64,000 nt of DNA from NCBI GenBank assembly GCA_964016885.1, contig OZ024758.1:32736001-32800000 (forward strand), in the 5' to 3' direction. A model generated the notes under the pieces. It searched no databases. It was not told the DNA's origin and saw only the letters and a program-made list of their open reading frames with translations. This document shows positions 57,460-64,000 of this stretch, piece by piece. Numbering within the stretch: position 1 is the stretch's first letter; each line of letters begins with the position of its first letter. The DNA is from Eledone cirrhosa. Taxonomy: Eukaryota. The position numbers and the translations under genes were made by a program.

Positions 57460-58965
57460 GACAGCCAGGCAGATAGACATAAACACACACACAGATACAC
57501 ACACACACACACAGCCAGATACACACACACAGCCAGATGCACACACACACAGACAGATACACACACACAGCCAGTTACACACACACACACACAGCCAGAC
57601 ATACACACACAGCCAGTTACCCCTACACACACACACAGCCAGGCACACACACACACAGCCAGACACACACACACACACAGCCAGACACACACACACACAC
57701 ACAGCCAGTTACCCATACACACACACAGCCAGTTACATACACAGCCAGACACACACACACACAGCCAGACACACACACACAGCCAGGCACACACACACAG
57801 CTAGACACACACACACAGCCAGACACACACACACACACACACAGCCAGTTACCCATACACACACACAGCCAGTTACACACTCACACAGTTTGTAGTATAA
57901 TATCCTTTTTGTTTCTGTTACCATAAAACTTTCACCAACTAATCAACTGAAACTTACAGCTATTTAGTCACGCTGTCTTATATTTATTCATTTATTTTAT
58001 ACAGTCTTGTTTTCCTGTGAATTCTGTATAAATTAGGAATGCAAAAAGTAGCAACAATTTAGTTATGGTGCTGAGGGGCACAGTAAATATTCATATCAAT
58101 TTTGGGCTGCACTATATATATTTCTGCAGAGAAGACAATACAAGTAAATCAGATAATATTTAGAGCAAAATAGATAAGAGCAAGTAAGAAACTGTGACAA
58201 ATAGCTAACCTGCAAGATTTTTTCTTTTTCTCTCTCACTTATATTTTTTTTTATTTCCTTTGGTAAAGTAAATTTTCTTGAGAAGAAAACACTATGTTGT
58301 GAATAACTCCAAGGCACATACTGAAAGGTGAAAATAAATTTAAAAAAAAACAAGACGAAAGTCTTCAGGTATTTAGACCTAGTTCTATCACTGTATAGAG
58401 ACAGAAAACCTGATCAGTACTTCATTTGAGGAGTGTCTTAATAAAATAATAAAAAGTATGTGTATATGTTAATAAGAGATTGTATAAGTGTATGGGGAAA
58501 ACCATTTCTTCTACACACATATCTAAACAGGCGTTATATTAATAAAAGTAAACATGCCCACAATATATATAGAATATACAATATATGTATGAAGCTTATA
58601 GAAATATTTGCTTTTATGTGAGAATATGTGTATTTTGTGTTCTGTATGTATGAGTGTGTATTTTGTGTTCTGTATGTATGAGTGTGTATTTTGTGTTCTG
58701 TATGTATGTGTGTGTATTTTGATTTGTGCATGTATGTGTGTGTATTTTGTGTTCTGTATGTATGTGTGTGTATTTTGTGTTCTGTATGTATGTGTGTGTA
58801 TTTTGATTTGTGTGTGTATGTGTGCGTATTTTGTTTTGTGCATATGTGTGTGTATTTTGTTGTGTGTGTGTAGTTTTTTTGTTTATATATGTGTGTATTT
58901 TGTTTTGCGTTTGTATGTGTGTGTATTTTTTATGTGTATGTATGTATATGTGTATGTGTATGTGT
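57460..58965. repeat. CA/GT-rich minisatellites (57460-57890 ACACAGCCAG type; 58625-58965 GTATTTTGTGTTCT type)
   Basis: Direct inspection. Confidence 0.9.
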
Positions 58966-60178
58966 AAAAATAAAAAATAAAAATGCCAGTAGATAACATT
59001 CCTCCCTCTCAGTAATTGCGTAAGACAAAAGGTTTTAAATTTGCCCTTTGACTAGTATTGAGAAGATAGAGGAAGAAAGGCGGAGAGCCAGAGAGCAGGG
59101 TGGGAGTTCCCTGCTCTAGTCAGGTAGCTACAACACGCCTACAAGCCACATGTCAATCATAAGTAGCTGGACAAGTAACCTCCCTAAAATATAGAACAAC
59201 ACCTCTGGAAACTAATTACAATTCTTTCTCTAAAGAACTCAGTAGGTAAAAACAGTGATATTTATTTACAATAAAAGTAAACTGATAAAATAGATTAAAG
59301 GTTTGTTTTCTTCTAAGTTGACTGTTTCACAGTTTAGAAATAACTAGAATCATATAGGGAAAATGTCTGAATTGATAAAAAGATATGGATTTTTCTGCGA
59401 ACCACCAACATTTTCTCTCAGACCACCGGTTAGTGACTGCTGCTATAGATCATGGGTTTCAATCTGTTGCATTTAAAAGTCTGTTCTAAACCAAAGGCTC
59501 CATTAGGCTGGTGTTTATCCATGCTTTCCTTGGTGCTAAGTGACTAAGAGTACAAGACTCTCCCTGGATAGGGCACTGGTCTATCGCAGGTTTAACTTCC
59601 AAGCTACATCTTAGCTGAGTGTACTGGAGCAAAGTGAAATAAAGTGTTTAGCTCAGGCAGCAGCCTGTCCCCGGATCGAACCACTGACATTACGATCCTA
59701 TGTCAAACATCCTAACCATGAGGATATGCACCTCCATATTTGGGTTAATATATTTTAGAGCAACATATAATTCACCATTTTTCTATTTCAGGGAAGTTAT
59801 ACATAACAAGCTAATACCTTTTACTGGGAAGAGGTATTAAGCTCACATTCATTTAATGCTATAGAAACCAGAGTTGAGTATTAGCCGTGTGAACCAGCTT
59901 AACTGGTGATAAGAAAAACTTAAATAGAATGATTGCGGTTTTTTTTAAATTTGTGTTTATATGTATGCACGTGTGTGTGTATTATATATATAAAGGAGTA
60001 AATATTATTATCAATACTCCAGGAACCGCTTACCTAGGAACTGTCTGGAATCAGCCACCTGATCATCACAACTAAGTAAACATCTTGTTGAGTCAAACAA
60101 TGCCGAACGTTAGAACCACGATAGAGAATGCTGATAACCTCTATTTGGATTGCTTTAGACAATACCTCGTTAACTTAA

Positions 60179-60244
<66 letters not shown>

Positions 60245-60867
60245 GTGTGTGTGTGTGTATTGAGAAAGAGATAGAGGGTGGAGTTGGGAGGGTGCTTCAG
60301 TTGTGTCAAAGGCATGGCAACCTCTCTAATGCTGGTGCCAAGATAAAAAATGCACCTGATGAAGCTCCTGCCTCAGGACCATATGAGAAGTGAGTAGCAC
60401 CAATTAAGTACTGACTTAGTTGGTGATGACCAGCCAACCATTGCTAGCAGGGAGGAGAAACGGATGTTAAATGATGATAATGATGAAGAGGGGGGTGGGG
60501 AGAAAGAGAGAAGTACACACATTCATATTAAAGTGTAATCATTCCACCTTCATAACATGTTTTATAACTATTTGTCTATTTGCATAGGTAAGATAGTTTA
60601 TTTGTCAGCAATTATGCTTACAGCCAGATACAATTCCAACTGTTTATAACTGAAAGCAACAGTAAAGCTTCTATAGTGTTGCTCTACCTGGTGGAAATAG
60701 CAGCCAAATATCCCTCAAATATTAACTTGCTGTTGGACCTCTCTCAGTTCCTACGATGAATGTTGCAGTGGTTTAAACAAGATCACCTGTGAGAAAGAGA
60801 GAGAGGGGAAGGGAGAGAAGGAGGGGGAGGGAGATGGGGGGGGGGCGAAGGAAGAGAGAGAGAGAAA

Positions 60868-60913
<46 letters not shown>

Positions 60914-61208
60914 CTTAAAGATAAATTGCTGTTTGGAGGTTTTAATTCTCAGAATCAAAGAGATCTTTGCTTTCCTTATGTTGTAAAGCAGAGAATCAAT
61001 AGAACTTCTATTAGTTGAAAACTTTGAGAAGTATATCAGGAAAGATGAAATAAGATTGAGAGTGAAGAAGTCTTCTACACCAGTTAGCTTTAACATATTT
61101 TAAATACATTTTTTTCCAACAAGTAATTTATGTGGGAATTTCTAATCTATACATAAACTTTCTTGTTCTCATACACACACCCTCACACCCACATCTATGT
61201 ATTACATA

Positions 61209-61263
<55 letters not shown>

Positions 61264-61264
<1 letters not shown>

Positions 61265-61630
61265 TAGCAGAATGGGCCGGCGTTGCTCGGGATTCTAAAC
61301 ATAGATTGGCATGTTTATCCCCCTTTTCTGAAACAGTACAGAGAAGTACGGAATACCTTGGCCTTGCGACCGTCGAATAGCAGTTTCCACTGACGATTCG
61401 TTTGCCCGCCTTGTTCTTTTTCTTGCTGCTTTCACAGTATTTCGGCCAATGAAGTATCTCTAAGACTAACTGGTAGAGTAAGGAGTAAACTCGTCAGTGA
61501 TGCATGTGATTTCCGAACCGTTGACTATGTAATTTCTTAGCCATGAGTGGCGTCTTAACCGGGGCGGGACGTCATAGCTATGTATCTACCTGCATTACAA
61601 CATTATGAAAACATTGACTTCGCAATCTGT
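61264..61630 (-). mobile_element. Helitron 3' portion
   Basis: Minus-strand end CCCGAGCAACGCCGG...CTGCTAG|T, same as at 9201. Confidence 0.65.
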
Positions 61631-61655
61631 CTCTGTGTGTGTGTGTGTATATATA

Positions 61656-61687
<32 letters not shown>

Positions 61688-61703
61688 GATATATATATAT
61701 ATA

Positions 61704-63720
61704 AAGACGGGTAAGGCGGCTGGGCCTTCGGAAATAGTTGCTGAGATGCTGAAGGCATCTGGCACGGTGGGACACACCATGGTCACCCGCATAGTTAACC
61801 AAGTCGTACAGAATGGGGTTGTTCCGAAGGACTGGCATAGCAGCATCATCGTTAACTGTTATAAGGGTAAAGGAGACGCCCTAGATAGGAGTAACTATAG
61901 AGGCATTAAATTAATCGACCAGGTCATGAAGGTCACGGAAAAAGTAATAGCGCAACTAATCAGAGAGAGAATTGACCTAGATGAAATGCAGTTCAGGTTT
62001 GTGTCAGGCAAAAGTACCACAGACGCTCTTTTCATAGTACGACAACTACAGGAGAAGTACCTAGCTAAAGGTAAACCCCTCTACTTAGCTTTTGTCGACT
62101 TGGAGAAAGCCTTCGACAGAGTCCCCCGCTCCATTATCTGGTGGGCTCTTAGAAAACTAGGCGTTGACGAATGGCTTGTGAGGGCTATACAAGCCATGTA
62201 TAAAGAAACAGTCAGCAAGGTTAGAATTAACAACGAATATAGTGAAGAGTTTAGCGTAAAAGTTGGCGTCCATCAGGGCTCTGTTCTCAGCCCACTACTA
62301 TTTATTATTGCCCTTCAGGCTATAACAGAGGAGTTCAAGACAGGCTGCCCATGGGAACTCCTATACGCAGACGACCTGACACTCATAGCGGAATCAATGG
62401 CCGAGCTAGAGAAGAAATTCCAAACATGGAAGCACGGCTTAGAGTCAAAAGGACTTAAAATTAACCTGGCTAAGACCAAAGTACTAGTTTGTAGGAAAGA
62501 AAACAAGGCGGCGGTCCCTTCTGGGAAATGGTCGTGCTCGGTGTGTAGGAAAGGCGTAGGTAGAAACTCCATTTTATGTCCTAAATGCAAAGTATGGGTG
62601 CATAAAAGATGTAGTGGGATCACAGGTAAGCTAACTAAGAACATAGATTTTACATGTGGCCGGTGCTCTGGTGCAATAAGTAGCAGCAAGTGCCCACAAA
62701 ATACTAGCTCTTTCAATTGCGCAGAGGGTTCTATAGAAATAGTGGACAGCTTCCGTTACCTGGGCGATAAAATCAGCAGTGGGGGAGGGTGCTCTGAAAG
62801 TACTGTAGCTAGAGTCAGAACTGGTTGGAAAAAGTTCAGAGAGCTTATACCACTATTAGCTGCTAAAGGGTTCTCACTAAAAATGAAAGGCAGGTTGTAC
62901 GATGCCTGCATACGAACAGCAATGCTGCATGGCAGTGAGACCTGGGCATTGTGTGCAGAGGATATACGCAGACTAGAGAGGAACGAAGCTTGCATGCTCC
63001 GCTGGATGTGTAACAGTAATATACGTGAACGGCAAAGCATAAACGAACTAAGGAAAAAATTAGAGATAAGAGGGATCAGATGTTGTTTACTCGAGAGAAG
63101 GCTACGTTGGTATGGACACGTGATGCGCATGAAAGTCGATAGCTGTATAACAAAGTGCAGGGCAATAAAGATAGACGGTAGTCACGGAATAGGCAGACCT
63201 AGAAAAACCTGGGACGAGCTGATAAACTCCGACCTCACACACTTACACCTCTCCAAGACAATGTCACTGGACCGAGACCTTTGGCGGTACTCAGTAACAG
63301 AGAAGACCCGCCTTACCTAAATATATAGTAAAACCTACTCCAGCCAGTAGGCATCTCTAACAAAATACACCCCGTCCCACCACCACCACCCCCACCCCAT
63401 CCACACCACCCCGTTCTATGTAAAGTTATGTTGGTGCCGCGCCATCGAGGCCGAAACAAATGAGATCGTGTAGGTGTCACGACAAAAAAACACACAGTCC
63501 ACGCTGTAATGTGGCCGTGTAGGCAACACGGTAAAAACCTCCCAGACCCACACTGTAAATGTGGTTGGTGTTAGGAAGGGCATCCAACTGTAGAAAACCT
63601 GCCAGACAGTCCTATGCGAGCAAGACAATCACTCTTGCCTCAAGTGGGACTACCCCCCGTCCAAACCCATGCAAGCGTGGAACACGGACGTTAAACGTTG
63701 ATGATGATGATGATGATGAT
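61704..63720 (+). mobile_element. Young 5'-truncated RTE LINE inserted in (TA)n
   Basis: Open frame from 61704 to stop at 63320, 3' UTR, (GAT)n tail. Confidence 0.95.
61746..63320 (+). CDS. RTE reverse transcriptase with PHD-like finger (endonuclease truncated)
   Basis: NYRGIKL, FVDLEKAFD, GVHQGSVLSPLLF, intact YADD at 62364, CxxC..CxxC..H..C..CxxC at 62529-62672. Confidence 0.88.
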   Translation: MLKASGTVGHTMVTRIVNQVVQNGVVPKDWHSSIIVNCYKGKGDALDRSNYRGIKLIDQVMKVTEKVIAQLIRERIDLDEMQFRFVSGKSTTDALFIVRQLQEKYLAKGKPLYLAFVDLEKAFDRVPRSIIWWALRKLGVDEWLVRAIQAMYKETVSKVRINNEYSEEFSVKVGVHQGSVLSPLLFIIALQAITEEFKTGCPWELLYADDLTLIAESMAELEKKFQTWKHGLESKGLKINLAKTKVLVCRKENKAAVPSGKWSCSVCRKGVGRNSILCPKCKVWVHKRCSGITGKLTKNIDFTCGRCSGAISSSKCPQNTSSFNCAEGSIEIVDSFRYLGDKISSGGGCSESTVARVRTGWKKFRELIPLLAAKGFSLKMKGRLYDACIRTAMLHGSETWALCAEDIRRLERNEACMLRWMCNSNIRERQSINELRKKLEIRGIRCCLLERRLRWYGHVMRMKVDSCITKCRAIKIDGSHGIGRPRKTWDELINSDLTHLHLSKTMSLDRDLWRYSVTEKTRLT

Positions 63721-63749
63721 ATATATATATATATAGTGCGTATATATAG

Positions 63750-63938
63750 TGTTAGTCGAACCAAAGAGGGCGCAATAAGGATAAATATATATCAAATATA
63801 TAAGAACCCTAGAGCAAATATTGTTCTCATTTCTGACATATTATCTTCGCTTTTTTCCGTTCATTGCCAGGGAATGTCTTCACGAACCAAAGTATCGTCT
63901 TCCCGTTTTCCTTCAGTTGCAATGTTTTTCGAAATATT
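63750..63938. mobile_element. Rearranged, inverted pLTR pieces of the Hydra-like PLE family (also 24612-24725, 42930-43087, 48981-49080)
   Basis: CCAAAGAGGGC..ATAAGGATAAAT terminus inverted relative to the CACGAACCAAAGTATCGTC block. Confidence 0.7.
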
Positions 63939-64000
63939 CTTATGTTTTCATAATGTCGTAATGCAGACAGACAGACATACATACAGATATTATAAGAGTG

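Noticed and set aside
62315-63130. Antisense ORFs over the RTE (also 11291-13521 and 15642-16001)
   Set aside because: Shadow frames of the RT coding strand

Overview
AT-rich, repeat-saturated animal intronic or intergenic DNA. The (TA)n load and the RTE and SINE families suggest a coleoid cephalopod such as Octopus (inference only). There is no confident host gene; one possible minus-strand terminal exon lies at 22225-22451. Nearly all long ORFs in the track are microsatellite artefacts. Real content: (1) RTE-clade LINEs, including a decayed full-length copy (10045-14086), a young 5'-truncated copy with an open 524-aa RT ORF (61704-63720) and many fragments, whose RT carries an inserted PHD-like Cys4-His-Cys3 finger. 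(2) A Penelope-like element (RT + CxCx5C linker + C-terminal GIY-YIG, Hydra-clade-like) with inverted termini at 5185-7856. (3) Non-autonomous Helitrons, one associated with a 41-bp tandem array of CRE palindromes. (4) A dead maT/DD37D transposase, piggyBac and hAT MITEs, and tRNA-SINEs. The most striking pattern is about a dozen sequence-unrelated families of short (0.2-0.9 kb), often palindromic, mostly non-coding elements in (TA)n tracts. Most fold by eye into a type I hammerhead ribozyme (a few partial or variant), and many share an ACTC...GAGT(G/A)CT hairpin about 35-60 nt from their 3' end. They look like minimal Penelope-type parasites that target microsatellites. All folds were read by eye, not computed.
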